This document shows positions 1 through 7,738 of a stretch of DNA of 18,432 nucleotides, piece after piece. The position numbers and the translations under genes are program-made. Source of the stretch: Candidatus Hydrogenedentota bacterium (GTDB taxonomy: Bacteria > Hydrogenedentota > Hydrogenedentia > Hydrogenedentales > GCA-2746185); NCBI GenBank assembly GCA_046583315.1, contig JAYGCN010000054.1:1-18432 (forward strand), written 5' to 3'. Below the pieces are notes generated by a model, which saw nothing but the letters and a program-made list of their open reading frames with translations, had not been told where the DNA came from and made no database searches. The stretch's first letter is position 1, and every line of letters begins with the position of its first letter.

Positions 1-2
1 CT

Positions 3-824
3 GCAAACCAATGCGACTACAAAGTTGAGGGCGATCATTCCATCATCAGCAACCTCGCCCGCATTCAGTATCACGGAAACGACCCGGAGATAGTGGCTGC
101 TGCACAGGTTCGATTACGAAAACTTTCCCGATGGGAACGGAGCGGTAGCTTGCCCGACAACAAGGCACTGCGCGCGGTCCTGCGATCACTCCATGACACG
201 ATGGCCCCACGCACCATGTCGCGCCTGTTGTGGATGACCCCGGAATGGGTAGACATCGCTCGACAAATCGTATCGACCCGCGCAAGATCGGACGAATTTT
301 CCGAGGGTTTAAAGAATGTCGAATTCACCTTCTCCGAAATGTTCACCGACGGGCCTGAATACGCCTTTCCCGGTGGCGGCGATGGCGGATTCTGGGTCAC
401 CTGTTTCCACGGCGAAGTTACGGTCGGCTTCGGTCCACTACCCGAAAAATACGGCGAGCCCGGATACTACAACGAGGGCCTCTATACACCTATTCTCCCC
501 GTTGGCCGCACTGTAAATCCAGCCATGACGGATGCGGACAAGAAAGAACAGGGCACCTATCTCGCGGAGGCATTCAAAGACAGAAAACCAACCGATAAAA
601 GAGAATTTCCAATCCGAAACCAGGAGTTCCCCAAGGCCCTCGGCGGGGTCATGAGCGTGTTGCACGACGAGCTATCGAAGCGAACCTCCGGCGAATTGCC
701 ATCCGATTACGATGATTCCGTCAAGCCCGAATGGGGTACGCCCCAAAAGTTCGACCGAAATTCGTCCTACGACGCATCATGGGTACTCTACGATAAATTC
801 GATATCTACGGAAATCCAAGATAG
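3..824 (+). CDS. 5'-truncated hypothetical protein with tandem repeated domains, possibly SCP2-like (sterol carrier fold)
   Basis: The frame is open from position 3 (ANQCDYKVEGDHSII...), so the real start lies upstream of the window; TAG ends at 824. Two domain-end motifs, LRSLHDTMAPRT and MSVLHDELSKRT. A WMTPEWVDIAR...FTFSEMFTDGP...FWVTCFHGEVTVGFG segment resembles bacterial SCP2-like domains (from memory). Confidence 0.6.
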   Translation, partial: ANQCDYKVEGDHSIISNLARIQYHGNDPEIVAAAQVRLRKLSRWERSGSLPDNKALRAVLRSLHDTMAPRTMSRLLWMTPEWVDIARQIVSTRARSDEFSEGLKNVEFTFSEMFTDGPEYAFPGGGDGGFWVTCFHGEVTVGFGPLPEKYGEPGYYNEGLYTPILPVGRTVNPAMTDADKKEQGTYLAEAFKDRKPTDKREFPIRNQEFPKALGGVMSVLHDELSKRTSGELPSDYDDSVKPEWGTPQKFDRNSSYDASWVLYDKFDIYGNPR

Positions 825-861
825 ACCGAACCCCTTCAGAATCGATTTCTACAGGAGCAAA

Positions 862-870
862 TGCTAGACT
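862..870 (+). promoter_or_regulatory. Candidate extended -10 promoter (TGcTAGACT) for msrP
   Basis: TGnTAGACT 30 nt upstream of the msrP ATG, with a weak -35 (TCGATT, 842-847) at 17-nt spacing. Confidence 0.35.
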
Positions 871-900
871 ATCCGGATAAGAATTGCACCGGAGTCCCCC

Positions 901-1881
901 ATGCCCTCATTCATAAATCGCCCATCCTGGTATCTGCCCGACAGTCTTGCAACCGACGAAGAACTCTTCTTCGGCCGAAGAACTTTCCTCAAAGCCATGG
1001 GCATCGGCGGCATGATGACCGCTACTCCCTCTGCGTTCGGACTCGAGCAAACCGCAAAACCTACGGTCACTTTGCCGCTACCAAAGTACACCCGAAATCC
1101 CAAGTTCGCCGACGTAGGCCGTCCGCTGACCGAAGAATACGTCGGCACGACGTTCAACAACTTCTGGGAATTCTCCTTCCAGAAAAACGTGGCCGCAGTT
1201 GCAAAAAACTTCAAACTCGATCCCTACACCTTCACCATCGATGGACTTGTCGAGAAACCGATTACACTTGGGCTCGAAGACGTCGAAAAATTGGGTTACG
1301 AAGAACGCGTTTACCGATTCCGTTGCGTGGAAGCCTGGTCCATGACCGTACCCTGGCTCGGCGTGCCACTGGCCAAACTCGTCGCACTCGCGAAACCCAA
1401 ATCGAGCGCCAAATACGTCGCCTTCACCAGCTTTCTCGATCCCGTGCAGGCCCCAAACCAATCGCACCCGAAATATCAATGGCCCTACCACGAAGGCCTG
1501 CGCATCGACGAAGCCATGAACGAAATGGGATTCGTAGCGACGGGTGCCTACGGAAAACGGCTCCTGCCCCAAAGCGGCACTCCCTTACGCATCATCACGC
1601 CGTGGAAATACGGATACAAAGGCCCCAAAAGCGTCGTGCGCATGACCTTCGTCGACCAGGAACCGTCCACCTTCTGGTCCGCTGCGGTGCCAGACGAATA
1701 TCCCTTCTACTCGAACGTCGATCCGCAATCTCCCCATCCGCGATGGTCCCAAGCCGAAGAGAAACTCATCGTAGACAAAGCCAACGTCGCCGATGTCGAG
1801 ATCATCCCGACCCAATGGTACAACGGCTACGAAGAACAAGTTGGACACCTCTACAAAGACATGCCGCGAAAACTGATGTAG
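901..1881 (+). CDS. msrP: Protein-methionine-sulfoxide reductase catalytic subunit MsrP (YedY), molybdopterin enzyme of the sulfite oxidase family
   Basis: Tat motif GRRTFLK followed by a hydrophobic stretch. Motifs NNFWEFS, RVYRFRCVEAWSMTVPW (Mo-ligating Cys), WPYHEGLRIDEAMN, GTPLRIITPWKYGYKGPKS and EYPFYSNVDP..PHPRWSQA. GGAG upstream. Confidence 0.95.
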   Translation: MPSFINRPSWYLPDSLATDEELFFGRRTFLKAMGIGGMMTATPSAFGLEQTAKPTVTLPLPKYTRNPKFADVGRPLTEEYVGTTFNNFWEFSFQKNVAAVAKNFKLDPYTFTIDGLVEKPITLGLEDVEKLGYEERVYRFRCVEAWSMTVPWLGVPLAKLVALAKPKSSAKYVAFTSFLDPVQAPNQSHPKYQWPYHEGLRIDEAMNEMGFVATGAYGKRLLPQSGTPLRIITPWKYGYKGPKSVVRMTFVDQEPSTFWSAAVPDEYPFYSNVDPQSPHPRWSQAEEKLIVDKANVADVEIIPTQWYNGYEEQVGHLYKDMPRKLM

Positions 1882-2063
1882 GGTTACCGAGCTTCCAGAT
1901 CGCTCGTCACTCCGATCCGTGTCGTGTTGCCACCACCAGATCCTGAAAAATCTTACGCGTAAACAATTGCAGAACCCTTCAGTCCGAAACGGTTGCGATG
2001 AGTAGGACCTCTTACCGGAATTCCTGCGCGAACACGATTTAGAGATTTCCAATCCATCCGACC

Positions 2064-2095
2064 CGGTTGCTTTCAACCGAAGCGTGCCTTATACT
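2064..2095 (+). promoter_or_regulatory. Sigma70-like promoter (TTGCTT-17-TATACT) with a perfect inverted repeat CGGTTG-cttt-CAACCG over the -35
   Basis: -35 at 2067-2072, -10 at 2090-2095, 17-nt spacer. Palindrome at 2064-2079. Lies upstream of an RBS and the ATG at 2129. Confidence 0.55.
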
Positions 2096-2128
2096 TTAGG
2101 CAGAATACCTTCAGGAGTCGCGCCAGCA

Positions 2129-2350
2129 ATGCAAAAAACCTTGACTTATATCGAATACGCCATGTTTGCTGTTGCTGTGGTGTGCGTTCTATTAATCATT
2201 TTTGTGGTTGGCGATACCGACATCCTGGCAGAACCCCCGACTTGGGTGACGCTGCTACTGACGTCGCTCGGTGCTTTGTGCGCCGTAATCGGTGCGGGCC
2301 TGCATTGGGTCGGGTTACCGACAAAACAAAATTCGTCGAAGAAAAAGTAG
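2129..2350 (+). CDS. Small two-TM membrane protein (73 aa)
   Basis: AGGAG at 2113-2117 supports the ATG at 2129. Two hydrophobic helices (YAMFAVAVVCVLLIIFVV; WVTLLLTSLGALCAVIGAGLHWVGL) and a basic C-terminus (SSKKK). Confidence 0.7.
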   Translation: MQKTLTYIEYAMFAVAVVCVLLIIFVVGDTDILAEPPTWVTLLLTSLGALCAVIGAGLHWVGLPTKQNSSKKK

Positions 2351-2354
2351 CCGT

Positions 2355-2690
2355 CTAATCGCCCCCCGCGATATCGTTGCGTATGTTCGTGCAGACTTCA
2401 CTGTGCCCTGACTCTGCCTCTTGCCACGATTCATAGCGACGCAGGAAAAGATCGCGACGCTCCCCACCTTCCGTCACACGTGTTTCAAAAAGAACGGGTG
2501 TTCCGCCATCCCAGTTGTTGTCACAACCGCCGAACACCGTACGAACGTGAAAGCGCTCCAACGTATCATCTCCCACAACACTGCGACCAGACGCTTTTGC
2601 ATCATCGAGCCATAGCCCCCACGGAACCAAATCGGATTCGGGCATCGGTATCGGTTTGTTGTCTCCATCCAAAATATAAAGATCCGTCAT
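2355..2690 (-). CDS. Hypothetical protein resembling a phage/prophage-associated small protein family
   Basis: 111 aa. The pattern YILDG..P..DL..W..W...V.TVF.G.D..W..G.P.LFET.V..G...RY.SW.EA..GH resembles a conserved hypothetical family I recall from phage genomes. Last gene of a minus-strand cluster. Confidence 0.7.
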   Translation of the reverse strand: MTDLYILDGDNKPIPMPESDLVPWGLWLDDAKASGRSVVGDDTLERFHVRTVFGGCDNNWDGGTPVLFETRVTEGGERRDLFLRRYESWQEAESGHSEVCTNIRNDIAGGD

Positions 2691-2696
2691 GGCTCG

Positions 2697-3086
2697 TCAA
2701 TCACCGTCAGCAAGAATGGCATGAAGGGGTGAATCGGGATGGGTGAAATATTCGGAATGCGACTGATCTTCAATGATGCCAGACCCCGCTGCATTCACCG
2801 CGTACTCAGCGAGTTCGGCCAACCGTTGATTCATAATATTCGCGTTCGCCGCGTGCCCGAGCAGCACAATCAGATCCTGGGTGAGCACAACAATCACCCT
2901 TTCAACAGGCGTCGTAGAGCCATTCGGTGCCAACCATTCATTCTTCAGCCAGCGCGCCGAATCACGGGACATCGCCTCCAACGTCGGTTTGAAAAAACGA
3001 TCCGGATCGGCCCAATCCTGCTGCTCAAGTTCGGCTGTAGCCTCGGCAATCAACTCGACGAAATCTCTCTTAGTTTCCAACGGCAT
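2697..3086 (-). CDS. Hypothetical helical protein (129 aa)
   Basis: Likely start is the ATG at 3086 (MPLETKRDF...), overlapping the end of the upstream gene by 17 nt. 6-nt gap to the next gene. The longer ORF call to 3320 overlaps the upstream gene heavily. Confidence 0.65.
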   Translation of the reverse strand: MPLETKRDFVELIAEATAELEQQDWADPDRFFKPTLEAMSRDSARWLKNEWLAPNGSTTPVERVIVVLTQDLIVLLGHAANANIMNQRLAELAEYAVNAAGSGIIEDQSHSEYFTHPDSPLHAILADGD

Positions 3087-3915
3087 CACCTGCTGATTCC
3101 CGCACCATCGCTTGGCGAATATTTTTCCCATCGTTCGCCGCCGAGAACAGAATATGATTGAAGGATTCGAGCGCCGGATCGGATGCCGCATCGAGTCGTT
3201 GATAAATGAAAAGAAGCAACGGAATCGTATCGCCCTCCCCATCCACTTCACGATACGCAATATACGTAATTTTCCACCCGCTGCTCGTCTGCGCGACGCC
3301 CTTGTGAAAACGCGTATCATCGTTGGTGACCACGACCGTCGTTTTTACCGCTTTCGAAAGTCCCAGGGTCGAATCGTGCACCAATCGCTCTCCCAAATCC
3401 GCAATTGAATCGAATGCATCTTGCACCATTTTTGCAGCAACCTCAACCGAAGGCATGGTCTTCTCAGATGGAAGTCCCACCGAAAAAATAATCACTTGTG
3501 TTCTGTCACCTTCGTCGGCGGAGACCAGATCGATGGATGTCAAAAGCGTTTCGTCTTGCAAGCGGAAGCTATGGAAGCGCTGATCCATTGCCCGCGTAGA
3601 TTCTACTTGTTCATAACCGTCACTCAGAAGAATGGCCGCGTGATTCGAAATCGTCGCCGTTCCATCCCCCTCATCAGGCCTACGACCAATGCTAATGGCA
3701 AGATATCCAAATCCAACAATTATCAAGGTGATGACTGTTGCAATCTCAAAATACTTTTGGCGATTAATCGATTGTTGGTGGTCAGGGTCGCGAAGAATTT
3801 TCCCACTTTCATCGACAGCTGGCACCGCACCGCATTTTGCACACGGCCTCGGCTCGCCACTGAGAACGTCAAAGGTGAGCGCCTCGCCGCAGGAGGGACA
3901 TTGAATGCTGTTCAC
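3070..3915 (-). CDS. Hypothetical membrane protein with N-terminal zinc ribbon, one TM helix and an extracytoplasmic domain
   Basis: CPSC-x16-CAKC zinc-ribbon motif, then TM IATVITLIIVGFGYLAISI and a ~200-aa soluble domain. The GTG start overlaps the upstream stop (GTGA). Confidence 0.75.
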   Translation of the reverse strand: MNSIQCPSCGEALTFDVLSGEPRPCAKCGAVPAVDESGKILRDPDHQQSINRQKYFEIATVITLIIVGFGYLAISIGRRPDEGDGTATISNHAAILLSDGYEQVESTRAMDQRFHSFRLQDETLLTSIDLVSADEGDRTQVIIFSVGLPSEKTMPSVEVAAKMVQDAFDSIADLGERLVHDSTLGLSKAVKTTVVVTNDDTRFHKGVAQTSSGWKITYIAYREVDGEGDTIPLLLFIYQRLDAASDPALESFNHILFSAANDGKNIRQAMVRESAGDAVGN

Positions 3916-4256
3916 GATGGTGGAGACTCCTCTGGAGGTTGCGATTCAGATTGAAACTGACCGACCATGTCGCTGGAAGTGTCCACCTGCAATTCAAGCA
4001 TACAGGTTTGATTGTCGGCTCGTGTACCCGATATTTTCACGCGAAACACGTATTCATCGATGGGCTGAGGGGATTCAACGCCAATTTTCGTCAGATACGC
4101 CTCACTTTTAGCGTATTTCAACGCGAGAATACTCGCCCGCTGTGAGCGCTTTCGTTCTTCTTCGCGCTCTTCTTTGGATTTCGGTGGTAAATCCATCAGA
4201 AGCGTACGCAGAAAACCGCGACGACTGGCTTGGCTATTCCTCGGTTTTTTGGGCAT
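3912..4256 (-). CDS. Hypothetical protein with an N-terminal twin-arginine-like motif
   Basis: 114 aa. SRRGFLRTLL motif followed by a charged, not hydrophobic, region. First gene of the minus-strand cluster, coupled to the next gene. Confidence 0.6.
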   Translation of the reverse strand: MPKKPRNSQASRRGFLRTLLMDLPPKSKEEREEERKRSQRASILALKYAKSEAYLTKIGVESPQPIDEYVFRVKISGTRADNQTCMLELQVDTSSDMVGQFQSESQPPEESPPS

Positions 4257-4447
4257 TTTACGGCCAATTAGGGGTGTGTTTCGGCTCGGCTACTGACGTT
4301 CTCATGAACGTCCTACATCAATTCTATATTCCTGAGACCCAATTTACCAGAAAATTAAGGGGTTTTCGTCAATTTTGAGACGTTTTAGCATATAATGGGG
4401 TTTATTCCAGTAATGAATAGGGGCCTCAGTCGGGTCAAACGCCTGTT

Positions 4448-4477
4448 TTGATTGCGGAACACGGATCTAGGTAGAAT
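4448..4477 (+). promoter_or_regulatory. Candidate sigma70 promoter for the redox operon (TTGATT-18-TAGAAT)
   Basis: Lies in the AT-rich divergent intergenic region 4257-4531. An additional perfect TATAAT sits at 4391-4396. Confidence 0.4.
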
Positions 4478-4531
4478 TAACGGGCTTAACGTAAGGTTTT
4501 CTGTCTAAGAAATAAAGGTTGTTGTCGCGCT

Positions 4532-5995
4532 ATGAATCTCAGAGCCGAATTCGACGCGCTTGACGAAAATCGCATGGCCAGCTATGTTACGTCGGTCATA
4601 CTACTCGTCGTGTGCACAGTAGCTTCCATCGGGTCCCTCTACATGTGGTTGGACTACGATCCCACTCGTCTGCTCGAAGCCGAAATTCCTGGCTACGACA
4701 GCCTACCACCGGGTGCCGCAAGCAGTGCCACCAAAGCAGACCTGACCGGCGTATTCGAAGCCATGGAAGGTCAGCCTTCCGACTTACCCGGCAACTGGCC
4801 CAGTTTCCGCGGTCCCTCCTTCGACAACATCAGCGCAGATGCTCCCACACTCGCAACATCTTGGCCTGCCAACGGCCCCGAAATTTTATGGTCCGTCGAT
4901 ATCGGTAACGGGTATGCAGCACCTTCAGTGTTGAACGGAATCGTCTACCTGATGGATTACGACGAAGAGGATCGCAAAGATCTCTTGCGCGCGTTTTCGT
5001 TGGAAGACGGATCGGAAATTTGGCGACGCTCCTACAAAGTTATGGTGAAACGAAATCATGGCATGTCCCGGACCATTCCCGCTGTGACTGAAAGCACCAT
5101 CGTCACGATAGGCCCCAAATGTCACGTCGTCTGTCTCGACACGGCGACCGGCGATTTCAAATGGGGCATCGATCTGCAATCCGACTACGGCACGGTTGAA
5201 CCGCTGTGGTACGCCGCGCAATGTCCGCTCATCGAAGATGGAAAAGTCTTACTCGCGCCATGCGGTACCGACGTACTGATGATGGCAGTCGACTGCGATA
5301 CGGGTGAGGTGCAATGGACGACTCCCAATCCACGCAAGTGGGACATGTCGCATGCCTCCATCATTCCTATGACGATTCTCGGCAAGAAAATGTATGTCTA
5401 CGCCGCACTGGGAGGCATTCTGGCCGTGTCTGCAGAAGAAGATGATATCGGTTCGATACTCTGGGAGATTCACTGGGTCGCCAAAGTTGTCGCCCCCTCG
5501 CCGGTACCAGTCGGCGACGATCACATTCTCATAACGGCAGGCTACGGCACCGGAAACATGATGTTAAAGATTGTCGAATCTGGCGGGACGTATTCCGCAG
5601 AAGTCGAATATGCCCACGCGCCAGGTGATGGCCTCTCCTGTGAACAACAAACACCCATCTACAGCGACGGGCTTCTCTACGGCATCATGCCCAAAGATGC
5701 CGGATCGCTGAAGGGTCAATTCGTTGCCTACAATCCAGACGGCAGCCTTAACTGGTCCAGCGGCAGCGACAACCGATTCGGCTTCGGCCCCTTCCTGAAA
5801 GCCGACAATAAATTTTACATCCTCGACGATCACGGCGTGTTGACCATGCTCGAAGCGAGCACGAGCGGTTACAAGCAATTGGGTCAGGCCGAAGTCCTGC
5901 ACGGACACGACCCCTGGGGGCCCATCGCACTCGCGGGTTCACGAATGTTGTTACGCGATATGGATAATCTTATCTGCGTGGAAATAGGGGCTTAG
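4532..5995 (+). CDS. Membrane-anchored PQQ-binding-like (BamB/PQQ_2) beta-propeller protein
   Basis: N-terminal TM helix. WPSFRGP start motif typical of these propellers. Repeated Trp-docking motifs (EILWS, GSEIWR, GDFKWG, GEVQWT, GSLNWS). Confidence 0.85.
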   Translation: MNLRAEFDALDENRMASYVTSVILLVVCTVASIGSLYMWLDYDPTRLLEAEIPGYDSLPPGAASSATKADLTGVFEAMEGQPSDLPGNWPSFRGPSFDNISADAPTLATSWPANGPEILWSVDIGNGYAAPSVLNGIVYLMDYDEEDRKDLLRAFSLEDGSEIWRRSYKVMVKRNHGMSRTIPAVTESTIVTIGPKCHVVCLDTATGDFKWGIDLQSDYGTVEPLWYAAQCPLIEDGKVLLAPCGTDVLMMAVDCDTGEVQWTTPNPRKWDMSHASIIPMTILGKKMYVYAALGGILAVSAEEDDIGSILWEIHWVAKVVAPSPVPVGDDHILITAGYGTGNMMLKIVESGGTYSAEVEYAHAPGDGLSCEQQTPIYSDGLLYGIMPKDAGSLKGQFVAYNPDGSLNWSSGSDNRFGFGPFLKADNKFYILDDHGVLTMLEASTSGYKQLGQAEVLHGHDPWGPIALAGSRMLLRDMDNLICVEIGA

Positions 5996-5998
5996 ACG

Positions 5999-7000
5999 AT
6001 GAAAGAAACCGTTCGCAAAGTTAATCATCCCGTCATCGTTGGTGCCGTCATGCTCGCGATCGCTATCGCGTACTTCGCCTTGCTCGGACAATCCGGATTC
6101 CAGGAACCCAGCGCGGGTATTCAGTACGACGTAGCCACCTATCGCGATATCGACAACGTTGATACCCGCTTCGAAGAAGTCGGGCAGCTCGATCCCAAAA
6201 TGGAAAGTCCGCAGACCATGGCCGTGTCCGAGGACGGGCGCATCTTTATCGCAGGCGAAAACGAACTCGTCGTGTTCGGTGACAACGATACTGAAATTGA
6301 TCGCTTCCCGATTAGCGGCAAGGCCAAATGCATGACCGTTACACCGAAAAACGAAATCTTCATCGGATTCGACGATCACGTCGAAGTCCTGGCTATCGAC
6401 GGCACCGTGAAAGCCGTGTGGGATGTGATTGAACCGTTTCCCTACATCACGTCTATTGCCGTGCTCGACGAAAATGTCTTTGTCGCCGCTGCTGGCAACA
6501 AAGTGGTGATGCAATACGACCTCGACGGCAACCTCATCCGCGAAATCGGTAAGAAGAACGAAGATGAAGACATCCCTGGAATCGAAGTACCAAGCCCCTA
6601 CCTGGATCTCGCTGTAAATGACGAAGGCGACCTATGGGTGGTAAATCCCGGACTGCTCGGCATGGAACGTTATCGAAACGACGGCTCAATCGTTACATCA
6701 TGGTACCGGGCTACCCTGCAACTAGAAGGCTTCTCAGGATGTTGCAATCCGACACACGTGGCCTTCATGAACGATGGACGGCTCGTGACCGCCGAAAAAG
6801 GCTTGGTGCGTGTGAAGCTATACGACGTGACCGACGGCGAATATCAAGAACTCGTCGCCGGTTCAAAATTATTTCCAAGGGAGCAATCCCTGAAAGATAT
6901 CGCGGTGGACAAGCAAGACAGAATATTACTGCTCGATCCCAGAATCAACGCAGTGCGAATATTTGATGAGAAGGAGAAGGTTGATGGACAGCAAAGTTAG
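5999..7000 (+). CDS. N-terminally anchored NHL/6-bladed beta-propeller-like protein with a GFSGCCNP motif
   Basis: N-terminal hydrophobic helix. Blade-like repeats (PQTMAVSEDGRIFIA, DLAVNDEGDLWVVN, DIAVDKQDRILLLD). Vicinal Cys pair. 3-nt gap after the previous gene. Confidence 0.8.
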   Translation: MKETVRKVNHPVIVGAVMLAIAIAYFALLGQSGFQEPSAGIQYDVATYRDIDNVDTRFEEVGQLDPKMESPQTMAVSEDGRIFIAGENELVVFGDNDTEIDRFPISGKAKCMTVTPKNEIFIGFDDHVEVLAIDGTVKAVWDVIEPFPYITSIAVLDENVFVAAAGNKVVMQYDLDGNLIREIGKKNEDEDIPGIEVPSPYLDLAVNDEGDLWVVNPGLLGMERYRNDGSIVTSWYRATLQLEGFSGCCNPTHVAFMNDGRLVTAEKGLVRVKLYDVTDGEYQELVAGSKLFPREQSLKDIAVDKQDRILLLDPRINAVRIFDEKEKVDGQQS

Positions 7001-7178
7001 TCGACACGAATTCCTGCAGAAGGTTGGACGAAATGGATTGTTGCTCGCGCTGGGAGGCGTAGGTACGGCAGCAGCTCACGGGTCCAAGACCGTAGAGGAA
7101 TGTTTCAACCACAATTACTGCACAGACTGCTTCAGTTTCAAGGGCTGCACCCTGCCCGAGAAGAAGGAGGTGACGTAA
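6984..7178 (+). CDS. Small Cys-rich protein (64 aa) with a Tat-like leader
   Basis: Strong RBS AAGGAG at 6971-6976. MDSKVSRHEFLQ..., a hydrophobic stretch, then C-x5-C-x2-C-x5-C. Its stop overlaps the next start (TAATG). Confidence 0.75.
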   Translation: MDSKVSRHEFLQKVGRNGLLLALGGVGTAAAHGSKTVEECFNHNYCTDCFSFKGCTLPEKKEVT

Positions 7179-7738
7179 TGAGCGAACTCAAGAAATTCGA
7201 TCGACGCGATTTCATGCGCACCGCCGCAGCCGTAGGTTTCGTCGGCGCAACCTGGTCCGCTTCTGGCGAGAAAACCGAAGGCACCGTGTGGCAACTCGAT
7301 CCCGCCAAGTGTACCCAATGCGGTCGTTGCTCGACCCACTGCGTACTGGCGCCATCTGCGGTTAAATGCCTCAACCAATTCAACATCTGCGGCTACTGCG
7401 ACCTCTGTTTTGGTTATCTCCAGCCGGGTTCACGCAACCGTGATACCGGTGCAGAAAACCAGCTATGCCCCACCGCCGCCATCAAACGTACCTACATTGA
7501 AGATCCCTATTACGAATACCTTATCGACGAAGACCGTTGCATCGGTTGCGCGAAATGCGTCAACGCATGTCTCGTTTTCGGAAATGCATCCTTCTACCTG
7601 CAAATCCGTCAGGACATCTGTATTAACTGCAACGAATGCTCCATCGCCAAAGCCTGCCCATCGGACTGCTTCAGCGAAGTACCCGCGTCGGAACCCTACA
7701 TGTTCTTGACCGAGGAAGAGGGCCCTACAAAATCATGA
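7178..7738 (+). CDS. Tat-exported polyferredoxin (up to four [4Fe-4S] clusters)
   Basis: RBS AAGGAGG before the ATG at 7178. DRRDFMR Tat motif. 18 Cys, including CTQCGRCSTHC, CGYCDLC, CIGCAKCVNAC and CINCNEC..ACP. Confidence 0.88.
   Translation: MSELKKFDRRDFMRTAAAVGFVGATWSASGEKTEGTVWQLDPAKCTQCGRCSTHCVLAPSAVKCLNQFNICGYCDLCFGYLQPGSRNRDTGAENQLCPTAAIKRTYIEDPYYEYLIDEDRCIGCAKCVNACLVFGNASFYLQIRQDICINCNECSIAKACPSDCFSEVPASEPYMFLTEEEGPTKS

Noticed and set aside
861..1946. 361-aa alternative-frame ORF with an AGGAG upstream
   Set aside because: Overlaps the clearly recognisable msrP in another frame and is Arg-rich with no motifs. The sequence at its start reads better as an extended -10 promoter.
3087..3320. 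N-terminal extension of the 2697..3320 ORF
   Set aside because: Lies inside the 3070..3915 gene on the same strand. The ATG at 3086 gives a typical short overlap.
7178..7738. rnfB assignment for the ferredoxin
   Set aside because: It has a Tat-type leader, lacks the RnfB N-terminal Fe-S domain pattern, and no other rnf genes are present.
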